Origin: Lepidodermella squamata
Lineage: Eukaryota > Animalia > Gastrotricha
NCBI GenBank assembly: GCA_047495785.1
Contig: JBLDXI010000054.1
Coordinates: 310,001 to 374,000 of the forward strand
Reading direction: 5' to 3'
DNA: 64,000 bases
This document shows positions 13,178-25,410 of the stretch, piece after piece. Under the pieces are notes generated by a model. That model saw nothing but the letters and a program-made list of their open reading frames with translations. It ran no database searches and had not been told where the DNA came from. A program made the position numbers and the translations under genes. Position 1 is the first letter of the stretch. Each line of letters starts with the position of its first letter.

Positions 13178-16100
13178 ATGGCCGCAATAATTGTCAATGA
13201 AACATCGGCATCCAGCACCCAGCCGCTCACCGAGCTGTCGCTAAATCACGAAAATCTCGTCGACGACGAGAGAGACTCAAGCGAACAACGGCTGATCGTC
13301 AACGCGACGCTCGACTCGCCGAACCATGTCGAAAATAATTCGGCGGCATCGATCGATCACGTCAAAATCGAAGTGTCGAACAACCACGAATCGGTCAATC
13401 GCCACCACTCAGTCCAACTTCTCGACAGTAATTCAGCCGTGAAAAATCACCGAAAGCAACGAAGATCGGTCCCGGCTGTTATGACGACGCAAAACGCGCT
13501 CGTCGCCGAGTTGAAGGACGTGCTGAGGCGAAAGTCGAAATTTGTCGAGGTCGTGCCAGACCGGGACGGCATGTCGCCGGAGGACGGCTTCGACGAGGAC
13601 GAAGACAACAATTTCGAGGACGAAGGCGCCGAATTTTCCGGCGATGACTTGGATGATTTGAACCATGTCGCGTCGTCGCCGGAGACGAGTCGGAATAACG
13701 CGGCCGCCTCGCCGTTTTTTAACGGCTCGTCGTCCGGCTCGACGTCGGGCGCGGCGAGTGCCGTTGAAGTGGCAACGGCTACGGCGAAATCGCCTGTGCC
13801 CATGATGCAGATGGTTCGCGTTGTTCGCTGTGCGATTATCGGCGATGAGGCGGATCAGTTTTTCGCCGATTGCCTCAACGCGAATCACTCGAGTAAACGA
13901 ACGTTCGAAATTCAACACGACGGTGCTTTGGTAAATTTCTTTCGATAATTTTTTATTCGATGTTTTTTTACGAATTTTTAAAAATTAATATGATTTTTTC
14001 GCAATATTTATCGGGACATTAAATCGCGAAAATTTCGTCGATTTATGTAACGCTGAATTTGTTCGTCTAGCAATGATTTTAGTGGGGAGATTACCCAAAA
14101 TTCGAAAATTGTCATTTAATTTTTTGAAATTTTTGAAATGTCGATGTGTGGCAATTTTTTTTTATTTTTCGCTTGGAAATTTTACAACAGTTCCTAAAAT
14201 CTATGGCATATTTGGATATTTAATTTAGAATAATTTTTTTATATTGACCCGGAATATATTTCAGGGATCTGTTCATTTTTTGGGATGGTTATTTAAAAGA
14301 AATGAAATTTAAAATTAAAATTATGATTACTCGGGTATTTTTTTCTTCGGTGTGTTTTCCATTTTTTCTGAATTTTCCGGATTCGTTCCATCATGGATCC
14401 ATTGAAATATTCAACTCGGTAAAACTTTCGCATTTTTTTGGGTTGGAAGTTAGAAGCTTGAATTTCAAAGCCCAATTCTGACTATTTTTCAAATTCCTTG
14501 ATTTGCAAAATTTACAATTATTTCCTGGATTTTTCATTGGTTGTTGGATCTTGATAATTTGAAGCTTTGCTTTAGCCAATTTTCATTCAATTTAATTTGA
14601 TTTAATCATAATTTAATTTGACCGAAATGGGAACTAAATTCAGAACAATTCAAAAAAGCCTTTTTCGAAGGCGAATTTAGTTTCAAAATTGATGCAAAAT
14701 TAATGCAAAAAATTAAAATTTAATGACCAATATTTCAAGAAAATTTCAAGATTTTCTAGTTTCTAAAATTTTAAAATGTTACCGATCCTACAAGAAATGT
14801 GTTACAAGTCTTGAAAAATGTCCCATGACAGAATCAGCCATCCACAAGTTCATGAATGACATCCTTGTTACGACCTCACGATTTTAGAATTTTATTTTTT
14901 AATTTCAGGTAAATGTGCAAATAGTGGCGGTGATTGGCGTTGAGAATCGGGACGAGTTGCCGCGTTTCCGCGTCGGTAACTCCAACTGCGATGTCTTTCT
15001 GACCGTGTTCAAGGACGAAGCCAGCCTCAAAGACCTATGGCTACCACAGGTTCGTTCACTTCAAACTCTTTTTTGAATTATTCTGGAATATTTTTTCCGA
15101 CTTTATTTCGGAAACTACTTTTTCGTGCAGCATTTTCAATTTTCTATGCAGCAAAAATTTTCTTAAATCGCATGTTCGAATATTTCCGCGAAATTGAAGC
15201 TAATCATGTATTCTATAGTGAAGAGTGCGATTTAAACAGAATTTCACGCTGAATTCAAAGATAATTTTTTTTTAATTTTTCCACTCAATCTTGACATCCT
15301 TTAAAGCTTCGAAAACTGGGTTTTAGGCCCGTTGTAAATTCCAAAATGATTAAAAATAATTTGTAAATCTAAAGTAAGACGCTTTAAAATTGTCGAAAAT
15401 TGAAAGCTATTTTATATAGCTTGAATAAGTTAATTTGGGCGAATAGAAAGCGATTTTCACGAATGTCTTAATGTCTATAACCAGTTGGGATATAGGTTTC
15501 GCCCATCGTACTTGGCCTATTAACAAAGAGCTGTATACATATAGGCGAGGTCATAGCTGTCCAGGCAGTCGGCACCCTTTGCACCAAGACATGGGTGAAT
15601 CGTTCCCAAGAACACCTTGAACCACCCAAGAACAATTCACCCACATTGATAGCACCTCTCGGCATTACCATATTTAGGCTTGGCATGCACACGGATGCCC
15701 GGTCGCAGTTCTAAATATTCCTATGTATAAAGATCCGAGAGCCACGATACGTAAACTTGGATTCCACGAGAGTATAGAGTTCACTGGCTTTGACTGGCTG
15801 GTTCCGAGTTGGGCCACGGCCTTTGAGAAGACTTCGTCGAACTCACTTACTGACCTTGTTGGCTGGTTCCGAGAAGATGTCGCTGGATTGTCCGGTTCAG
15901 GCTCGCTGATAGATTTTGAAGTACCTGGCAAAGCTTCTCCAGTAAGCGAAATCGAGAGCACTGAGTTGTAGTATTCAAAAATCATCACTTCGCATTTTTC
16001 GATGTTTAAAACCAGGCGCCATTGCTCGCACGGTGGCGTCCAGTTGAGCTTAAATTCGGCGGGTTCAATCGAGCAGCGACTTGCCAAAGGCCCAGTTCAC

Positions 16101-16734
16101 GGCTTCGTCGGGCGGCATTCCCATCGCCGTGAAAAAGATGAAAAGCTGTGGGCTCAGCGGTGACCTTGAGGTACACCGCAGCAGATCGGGTGTTCTTCGC
16201 TGATTTTCATTTTTTGCTGCATTAAAAAGTTGAAATGCTGCTGTCCCACATTTCCATTAATTTGTTGTGGCAAAAATCGAAAAAAATTTGCTCGAAATTG
16301 CTGGAATAATTGATGATTTTTTTTCCTAATTTTAGCTTCGACGGATAAATAACGAAATGCCAATCGTGATGGCGGGCGGTTTGCCGCAGCCGGACGGCCG
16401 CAACCTCGCGCAACAGGTGGGCGCGCGCGACTACGTCGACCTGACCGCCTCGGGTGACCACAAGCCCGTCTTCGAAAGCGTCGTCGCCGCGATTCTCGGC
16501 CCGCCGCGCCGCCGCCCGGCCTCGTCCGAGATGGCCCCACCCCAACAACAGAACGGCCTCGTCGAAATCGACCTGGAACCGCCGCCGGCGAAAGCGCCCG
16601 CCACCCTCGCCTCACCGCCCCCACTCGCGCACACGGTTGAAAATTTGAACCCGAATCCGCCTCAAAATTTAAATTCCCAACAGCAACAACAACAGCAGAA
16701 AAAGGCGAACAAGTGTTGCTGTGTAATTTCTTAA
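13178..16734 (+). CDS. Atypical Rho-family small-GTPase-like protein (probable pseudo-GTPase) with long N-terminal extension and CAAX; exons 13178-13930, 14909-15049, 16336-16734, ~430 aa
   Basis: Two phase-0 GT-AG introns join the exons in frame. Rho-fold landmarks: VRCAIIGD, DGALVNVQI, CDVFLTVF, LWLPQLRR...PIVMAG, GRNLAQQVGARDYVDLTA, KPVFESVVAAIL. Ends KKANKCCCVIS* (CAAX = CVIS). Confidence 0.8.
15470..16210 (-). mobile_element. Degraded non-LTR retrotransposon (LINE) RT fragment inside intron 2 of the Rho-like gene
   Basis: Minus-strand remnants GVPQG..PLSPQLFIFFT (RT motif) and CEQWRLVLNIEKCEVMIF (RT C-terminal motif), broken by frameshifts and stops; boundaries approximate. Confidence 0.7.
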
Positions 16735-17851
16735 AATTTTGCTTGATTTTTTTTAATTAATTAATTAGTATTTAATTAATTATATGCCGCACGCTCAATA
16801 ATTAATTAGGCCGTCAATAAAATTGCTTGCGTTATATTGAATGGTATTATACGAGATAAAATCAGTCGAATTTTCTTGAAAAAAACGATTTTTTGTTGAC
16901 TGATTGAATAAATATATTTTTGCTATTTTTCCTGCCTCTCGAATCTTCTATGCTATAAATATGCAAAATTTACGATAGGAACCTCAGCAATTTTTCAGGT
17001 TACGAAAAAATCGCCGGCTTCGATGAAAATAAAATATTGTAAATATCATTGAATTGCGCTTGTTTCTCTCTTTTTTCTCTCGTTTTTTTCCGCTCTGTTT
17101 TTCGTTTCTTTGTGCAACTTGAATGATGATGTATTTATTGTCCATTATTACTACATATTTCTTTTCATTTATTATGACAACGCAGCTGAGGCTAATAAAA
17201 TATTTCAGCCTGCGTTCTCTTCGTGTATACACCTTGATTGAACTGAAAAAATACACGTTATTGATATGCGACTTTTGGCCGCGCGAATTTTGACAATAAA
17301 ACAAAGAGGTGCGATAATTTAATATTTTCATCTTTTTGCAGATATTATTTGAATTTTTTTGTCGAGTTTAATAGACACCTTGATACCTTCCTGTTTCGAG
17401 ATGGATGAAGATTCAGAAATTCGGTTCTGGAGTACTTGGACTTGGTCCTGAGTCCTGATATCCAGTGAAAGCTCTCGAGATTCGTTATTCGAGCTCGATT
17501 CAAGGTTCGACTTATCCCGAATTTTATACAGGCCGGAAATTCGTTGGAATCTATATTCATCGAGATCAATTAAATTTATCAATTAAATTTTACTGGAACC
17601 GAATTTCGAATATTTTACTGGTTAAAATGTGAATTTTCGAATATTTTGAGATTGGCAACAAGAAATTCGAAAAAATTGCCTTGAGTGGTTAAAGTTTTGG
17701 AAAATGCAAAATTTGTTGCTCAAAATAATTTCCATCCGCCTGAAATGAGAAATGTTCACGCTGCGAGTTGTTAACTGGATCTGAAAATTTGAACGCTAAT
17801 AAGCAAAAAATCGAAATTTTCCGGTAGTTTCAATCCGAGACTAAACCTATA

Positions 17852-18031
17852 CAGGGCGGCCAAAAAATTCCGTAGAGAGGGAATTCGCTGCGCATCAATT
17901 TAATGAGGAGTTTTAAGAAGTTGAAGAATTACAAGCATTCTTTTGCCAATGGAACTCCTCAATTTCTTGAAACTCCTCATTAAAATGATGCGCAGCGAAT
18001 TCCCTCTCTGCGGAATTTTTTGGCCGCCCTG
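17852..18031. mobile_element. Tc1/mariner-type MITE (180 bp fold-back)
   Basis: TA|CAGGGCGGCCAAAAAATTCCG...CGGAATTTTTTGGCCGCCCTG|TA; about 70-bp near-perfect terminal inverted repeats flanked by a TA target-site duplication. Confidence 0.85.
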
Positions 18032-18595
18032 TAGATCTCCTATATTTGGAAATTTTTACGTGAAACTCAATTCATGACGCATGATGATTCATCGTTGTGT
18101 GCTTGAAATAACTTGAGAAAGCCAAAAAATTTGAAAAAATTTTAATCAAATTTCAAAAATTTTAATAAGATGAATCTTGTAAAATATTTCAAAATTGTAG
18201 ATAGGTATTCCATGCTGAATTTTTCAAATTTTTTAATCCATCGCCCTGGGAAGTTATTATTCGATCGAAATTTCCAGTGAAATTTGGGCATTAAAATCGG
18301 AAAATTTGCTTTATTTCAATGGAAAAATTTACCGATATGTAACTGTTTAATGCGCAATTTATTTTAACTCACCATTTTTGCCTCAAAATTCCCGCTTGAA
18401 ACCATTTTTTATCAGTAGCTTATCTCGCTGCATGAGTTCAAATTCCAATTAGACGTAAAATAGTATCTGTGATAATGTTCATTACTCACCGGACTCTCCT
18501 AATATTTCAGTATTTTATTAATACTAATAATTTTTTTAATACAATTAAAATATTTTTATAGAGCCTTTCTTCAACTTGTTGGTTGCATTTTCGGC

Positions 18596-21431
18596 ATGGA
18601 CACAGTATTGCTGCTTGGCGGCAGCGGCTTCATGGGCAGTCACGTGATCGACCACCTGCTCGCCTCGCCTCGAAAATGCCGAATAATGACCGTGACCCGG
18701 TCTACAAACTGGTCGAACCGCTGGGGCGGAGCGAAAAATCAGCAATTAATTGACCAAAAATTCACATGCGACCGCGATTCGCAGAAGCTATCGCAAAATC
18801 ACGAATTGATGAATTTCGATTTCGGTGAAAATGGCGTCAAATTAATCGTCGATTTCAGCACATTCACACCCGAGCAAATGCGGGACAGTCTTGAATTTGT
18901 GCAATTTAAATTCGGTTCTCAAGCTAGAAAACCGATTTACATCTACTTAAGTTCGGATTCTATTTACGAGGTGGCGAAAAAATCGAACGTGGACGACGGC
19001 AAAAATTGGTCGATTTTGAAGGAGGAAGATGCGGTGAGGCCGAGTGATGAAGCCGAGCGAGACGAATTGGCCGAGGCGGATCCGTACGGCGAGGCGAAAT
19101 TTGCGGCTGAGGAGATTCTAGCCGCGGAACACGGCGATATTCCCTTCGTTGCCCTGCGATTGCCTGATGTAATCGGACCACGCGACCAGCTTGGAAACAG
19201 GTAATAAATTGTAAAAAAAATCGAAATAAAAAATTAAATTAAATTAAATTAAAATGAGAAAAATAATTGAGAAATAAAACTTATAATAAAATGTGTGAAA
19301 AATGGGAATTCGAAATGGCTAGCGGGAAAATTTTGAATTTAATTTTGTAACCGCTGTTAAACTTGCGCGACTTCAAGGGAAAAATTGCTGAATTTACAGA
19401 TTTTAAGCTGATGTAAAGCGTGTCCTAGAAGTTGCGTTTTTTAATTTTATAAGAAATTCAACTACTTTTTTTTATATTGAACCTACTGAGAGAAAATTCC
19501 AACTATTATTCGTGATTTAACCGAAAAAAATAACCGAGTTTCCAGCATCAGAACGGCTTCGGACGGGTTGGCTCGACCTTCAACCTAGAAAATAGATGAA
19601 GACATTATGTGGAGAAGTTAACAATAGCTAAGGCGATACAAGGATCGCTTGATATTCTCGTAGTTCCGAATCTTCGTCGTCAAAGACTCAGACCAAGACA
19701 TTCACGAGACACTTAGCTCAGTTTCAGCTCTCGCATCTTGGATATAGCGATTGCCGATTCAACTTGGAAGTAATCTCGTGCTGTTTCTCGTGATGTTGTA
19801 AAATCTTTCGGGAATCTCAAGCGGGTTTGGCGCAGCCGGCCTTGGCGGAGCTTGAGCTGTTGGAACCAGAGTCGGTGCCGAGGGATTGATTGATGGAACT
19901 GCTTCCGCTTGTTGCCAGAATGAAAAGTAGCTTGTTGGTTGAATTTAGCCTGCCTGCATTTGATCTTATTGACTTTTGCAGTTGCCTGAACTTTGGTCGA
20001 TATTAAGGCCTTAATTTGAGCCTCATCGTTGTTGTGAACTGTTATGAAATGATTTCCAGTCCGGATCAGCAGTTGAGAGATATAGCTCTGTGACGATGTA
20101 TCGCCATATTGACCTCTTATTCGAAAATTGCACGGCTAGCGAGGCGTTTCGGTATGTTCACCGGGGTGGCGAGCTCGGTTGGCAAATCAGAGGATTGAAT
20201 AGCCAGGTGCTGGTATTCTTGGAATATCTTTGGCTGGCTTTTCAGGCGCGATAATCGCTGTATCAGCGTGAAACGGAACCCCTGCCAGGTTTCTGTGGGA
20301 ACAACTCCATCAACTGGGTTAGCATTGCATTTTCCGAGGGCGTATCATCAAAGTAATTTCAGAGACGGAGCCAGCTTTCGGGGAACCTTTCCAAGGTCCA
20401 GTAGACTTGGCGTTGACGATAAGAGCAGTTTCCCCAAGCTTTAACCCATTCTTGAAGTAGATTGTGCCGAATGAATAAGTAATCTTGAGGTATGATATCT
20501 GTGTAAGTTTCACTTTCGGTTTCCTGATCGGATCGAATCAGTTTGCCTTGAGCTATAAGAAATGGCGTAGTGTCCCATGAACCTTGAAAATTGGTAGTTG
20601 GAAAATGGCTGCTTTGTTAGCCTGAGGAACCGTTTAGATATAAGTGTTTGAAAATTAAAAAGTGCATTGAATTTTTTCGAAATTTCCAACTTCAGAATAA
20701 TTCGTATTTATTCTGGTGATCAAAATTTTTTCAAGTTGGGTCAGTTATGACGAAGTATTTACAAATTTTGATCATAAACATCAAAATTGTTTGATGTTCT
20801 TTCTCTAATTTGTTTTAGCCCGATTTACGGCCAGTCCTCGCATGAACAACGCTGGTGGATATGCCAGATATGGGCGAAAATGTCGCCACCGGGTTCGAAA
20901 AACCCGAAAATCGCCCCGGTCCACATTCCGAGCTGGCTCATGCAACGGCCCCTCAGTTTTGTCTACGCAGCTGATGTCGCGAGGCTGGTGACCCAAATCT
21001 ACGAAGAAAACCAGTCAACCGTGAAATTGCTCAACCAAGTCTTAAATTTCGCATTCCCGACACCTGTCACCCTCCCGGAATTATTTAACAAAATTCTGAT
21101 TGCGATCGGTAAAAACCCGGTACCGGTTTCGGAATTTTCGGTTCAATCGGAATTTTTCGATGAAAAATACCCGAATTTGAACCCGTATTTCGCGTATCCT
21201 TCCGTTACACGCGGGCCGCTTGACGTGGCGAAATTTCAGAATTGTTTTCCCGATTTCGAATTTACGAACTTCGACAGGGCGGTTCAGGAAACGGCGGAAT
21301 TTTTCGAAACGGCCGCAACCAATCAAGCGGAACGGGATCGATACGCCGCGACTCTGAAATACATCCTAGAGTTATTTAAAGAGCATAACATGGTTAATGA
21401 TGATTCCGCTTCTTTAGCTGAAAGGATTTGA
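18596..21431 (+). CDS. Extended SDR / NAD-dependent epimerase-dehydratase family protein; exons 18596-19200 and 20819-21431, ~405 aa
   Basis: Rossmann GGSGFMG, YIYLSSDSIY, catalytic YGEAK (YxxxK), LRLPDVIGPRD, LSFVYAADVA; phase-2 intron 19201-20818 (gtaata..ttttag) restores frame. Confidence 0.88.
19530..20640 (-). mobile_element. Degraded coding-like insertion (probably retroelement gag-like relic) in the SDR intron
   Basis: Balanced-GC block inside an AT-rich intron; minus-strand protein-like stretches with stops (e.g. IRHNLLQEWVKAWGNCSYRQRQVYWTLERFPESWLRL*). No diagnostic motif recognised. Confidence 0.35.
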
Positions 21432-21555
21432 AAATAAAATGAAAAATAACTAATTACTATGGCTTATGTGCGACCTATGTATGATAAATTTAAATTCATA
21501 TAATAATTTTATGAATATTTATCCCAATTATTAATATTTAAGAAAAGGGAGAATT

Positions 21556-21697
21556 GGTTTGCATCACCAAAACGACTATTTAGATCACCAAAAAGACCAT
21601 TTAGATCACCAAATGAAAACTGTCAAAAACCATCACCAAAACGACCATTTAGATCACCTAAGTTTAAATCACCAAAAGGCAGTTTGCGACACCAAAC
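21556..21697. repeat. Array of degenerate ~21-bp repeats (CACCAAAA.GAC.ATTTAGAT), probably an orphan DNA-transposon end
   Basis: Six to seven ATCACCAAA-type cores, similar in style to the subterminal arrays of the MULE at 42319; no matching opposite end found. Confidence 0.5.
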
Positions 21698-22393
21698 GTA
21701 AAAATGGCTCATTTTGCTCATTTTACTTACAGGGCACGCTTTATCTGGCGAAAACTAAAGCAGATACATGAAAGTACTTTATATCATCAGACTCACCTCA
21801 TTGATAGCAATCGTTTGATATTAAATTCGAGGCAATATTCGAATGGCAAAACCTCTGGCCATATTATATGCACATATTTTATTCGTTGCATCAGGAATGT
21901 GATCAAACCTTAACCCTCGTAAGACTTATTGTTAGCAGTCACGTGATTCATCAAGCCAGATTTTCTTATTGTAGTGCAAATACTGGGGTGACTTTCGCGG
22001 TGGGGGCCAATATGCCATGCAAAATGGAGTGATTTTGGCATGGCAAATCTCGAAGGTAGCCGGGCTAGTAAACTTTGATTGGGGCACCGTTGGATAGCTG
22101 ACATAGAATGCAGCCCGAATATGACAGTGTTTATTCCTTTCGACCCCTTTTTCTCAACTGCGAGTCATCGAAGTTTCGTTAAAAATCGAAATTACCCAAA
22201 AACATGGCAAACGTCTAGTATAGACATCAATGCTTGCCTTTTCCTGGGCTATCCAATATCAAACGGTACCCCTCTCAACAAAGGCATGAACAAAGGGTAT
22301 TAGCCCGATTACCTTCGAGATTTACCATGCCAAAGTCAACCCAGTTGAAAGTAATTTAAAAAGTTTTCAAGCTTTATGTTATAGCCAGTTAGC

Positions 22394-23274
22394 TCAGAAT
22401 CCGCAGGTATCGACGTTGAAGCCGGTAGCGATGTTGCCGTTTAACGAGAAGCTTGAAGGAGGTCCCATACCGGCAGCGGGAATGCTGGCACAGCAAGACG
22501 GGAAATAGCTGAAAGCTGTTGTGGGCCATGTTGGCTGGAGTTTCAAATTGTATAGAAAATTACAGTATATTAAAAGACAAATAATTCTAAACGTACACTG
22601 CCACCTCCAGCAGGGGCCTGTTTCGTCTGCCCTGACGTTAGACAAGAATTCGGAAATCGCACGCAGCGACCGCCTGATCCAGCGGAAGGAGTACACACCT
22701 TGTAGGGATTGGCGTCAGTCGCAGCCATGCAGTACCACAGCGGAACTGTCGCCTGTACGTACATATCGTAGAATATGTTAGAGGCTCCGAGGGCATCACA
22801 GCAGGCCTTGAATGAGTTGAACGTTGTCGCCGGAACACCGGTCGCAGTCTTCAATAAACAGCCGATGTCTAATCGCACATTTCAAAAGATGTGTTAGCCT
22901 TACCATAGCTGTTGGCGTTGTCGAGCATGCCGTAGCAGCGACAGAAGTGCAAAATTTGATGGTTTTGGCAACATCGCTGCCTGTGCCGGCCGTGGTTAAC
23001 TGGCACATGGTGAATTGGTTCTAAAGGTGACGAAAAATTGGTAGAGCAGTAGTTACTCGTATGTTATCACGCAGTTTACGTTATCGGCGCAAGATTGAGT
23101 TGCGGTGCACGCAGTTGCGGCGCACGTTGTTCCGGTAGCGCAGGTTGCTCCACAAGTCGGGCAGGATGGGCAGGCTGACGAGGCTGGGCATGGTGTCGTG
23201 GTGCTGGTGGTTGACGTGGGAGGGCAAGCGTAGCATCCAGCAAGCAAAGCAGCAACAAAGAAGACAGCCTTCAT
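22394..23274 (-). CDS. Secreted Cys/Thr/Ala-rich protein of unknown family; exons 23274-23080, 23020-22904, 22848-22597, 22534-22394, ~234 aa
   Basis: Signal peptide MKAVFFVAALLAGCYA; three phase-0 GT-AG introns of 59, 55 and 62 bp join four separate ORF-track fragments into one open frame ending VDTCGF*. The first donor could alternatively be at 23070. Confidence 0.75.
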
Positions 23275-24879
23275 GTCGAATTCAGAAAAATTATGAAAGA
23301 AAAAATATATCAAGAGGAGAAAGTGTAGCTGTTATTACTTGAGAAAATAAACAAATGAGACCGCGGGGCCAACTCGTGAGTTGTTACTTCTCATCCACCG
23401 CCCTGCTCATGCTGTTCTCATATCATCGTTAAATTTTAATTGCTTTTACCGCTCTCGCTTACAGCCAATATATTTTCATTCGACACGCAGGCGATATCAT
23501 AGCTTCACATCACCGCCTAATGACTGCGTAGGCCCTTTCGTGCTCATAAGCGTCTCATGCGAGCGGAGGGTTTTTTTCACGATTTTGTTGACCTGTTCAA
23601 TTATGGAATAAAACATCATAATCACTACGAAAAAAGCTGGCTTATCAGCTCAAAACCCAAAAAATGCTCATTTTCGCTGAATAGCAGCTAGAAAGTGAAC
23701 ATTTTATTGCGCAAAAATTAAAAATTAGCTTTTTAGTTGCTATGCAGCTAAATAAGGATGATAAACACTTTGGCGACGGTTGTATCAGCAGGAGCAGTTT
23801 GTTGGCTTTTGAGCTATTAAACCATATTTTTTTCCTAGTGATCATCGCTGTGCGATGGATGTAGATTCAATCCGTGAATGAAACGTGTATAGATGTAAGA
23901 TGCCGAGAATCCAAGATTGCTTTATTCTCCTCTGTTGCATTCAGCAGCCCTTCAGCATATTCATTCGACAGTCATTCAATAGCTCATCTTGCTGAGCCCA
24001 GGTGTGCAAGAAATCTCGAACACTAATCATGTGGAACTACGATGAAACACATTCCCCTGTGATTGAAGCCAAAAATACTGTGCAATAAACGGTGTTCTTG
24101 AACGCTCAGATATGAAAATTAAGGTGGATTAGACTCAAATCAATTTCGGCTGGCCGCGGGACCTTGTTTCTTCCAGGCAATCATGCAAGAAAGCCATATA
24201 CCTGAAAACACGCCTTTTTGGCCAATCCTGAGGAGAAAAGCGAAAGGAAGCAGCTCGCAAGATTGACTGGAAGAGGCGTGGTTCCGATGGAAAAATCACA
24301 GAATAAAATACTTTTCTCGTGTCGCGTTTTTCTAAGTTCAATTTTAGGATGCCTTTTCAAGAGCATTGTCAGTTTGACCTCGCTGATTTACGACACATCT
24401 GCACTCCTTCCACAGGTTTTGCCAGGTTCTGCTTTTTGCCAGGCAGATATTCGTCGTATCATGACTGTTTCCATTCTCTTATTTTTCTATTTCTACATAA
24501 TTAAGAGCAAGCTTTTTTCTCAGTCAAGGTATGACGACTGTGCATCGCGGCGAATCCACACTTTGTAGTAATTGAGAGAACTTGGGTGTGTAAAGACAGC
24601 AGTGGCTGTAGCTGCGGCATATACAGCGGCAGAGCTGACTGCTCACTCCGCTTTCGTGTGGTGACGACGGGTGTAATAGCCGCATCCATTTCATTGCCTG
24701 CACTATACAACAGGCCGCCGGCAAATTACGTATGTTGTTTACAATTAAGTGTGAATTTCAACACGCTTGCCAACATTTGAGCATTCTAATTTTCTTGGTT
24801 TTTCAAGAACTGTTTTTTTTACTTGAGGCTTATCTGAATTTTTCATTCTTATTTGCCCATGGTATAGTCAACCAATTCT

Positions 24880-25410
24880 CAACCAGTCCTCGCATCAGCA
24901 GCTATGGTGGATTTGCCAGATATGCGGAAAACGTTCACGCTCCGAGCTGGCTCATGCAAAGAACCGTCAGTTTCGTCACGCTGCTGATATCGCGAGGCTG
25001 GTGACCCGGGTCTTCGAAGAAAATCAGCCAACGTGAAATTGCTCAACCAAGTCTTCAACTTCGCATTCCCGACACCTGTTACCCTCCGGGAATTCTTCAA
25101 CGAAATTCTGATAGCGATTGGTAAACATCCGGTACCTGCTTCGGAATTCGGTTCAATCGGAATGTTTCGACGAAAAATACCCGAATTTGAACCTTAATTT
25201 CGCGTATGCTTCCTTTACCCGCGTCTGACATGGCGAAATTTCAGAAGTCATGTCCCGATTTAGAATTTACAAGGCGGTTCCGGCAGATTTTATCGAAATG
25301 GCCGCAACGAGTCAAGCGGAACGGGATCGATACGCCGCGACGCTAAAATATGTCCTTGAGATATTTAAATAGCTTAACATGACTAATGAGGATTCCGCTT
25401 TTTAAGCCGC
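24880..25410 (+). pseudogene. Decayed duplicate of exon 2 of the SDR gene (20830-21431)
   Basis: Collinear similarity (ccagtcctcgcat.., ccgagctggctcatgcaa, cgcattcccgacacctg, gaacgggatcgatacgccgcgac) with deletions, frameshifts and stops; no exon 1 copy recognised. Confidence 0.85.

Noticed and set aside
21556-21697. CRISPR-like array or His/Asp-repeat ORF
   Set aside because: Eukaryotic context, degenerate abutting repeats, no unique spacers or cas genes.
23840-24780. Exon-like blocks with GT/AG borders
   Set aside because: Stops in the frames I tried and no recognisable product; possibly an old pseudogene.
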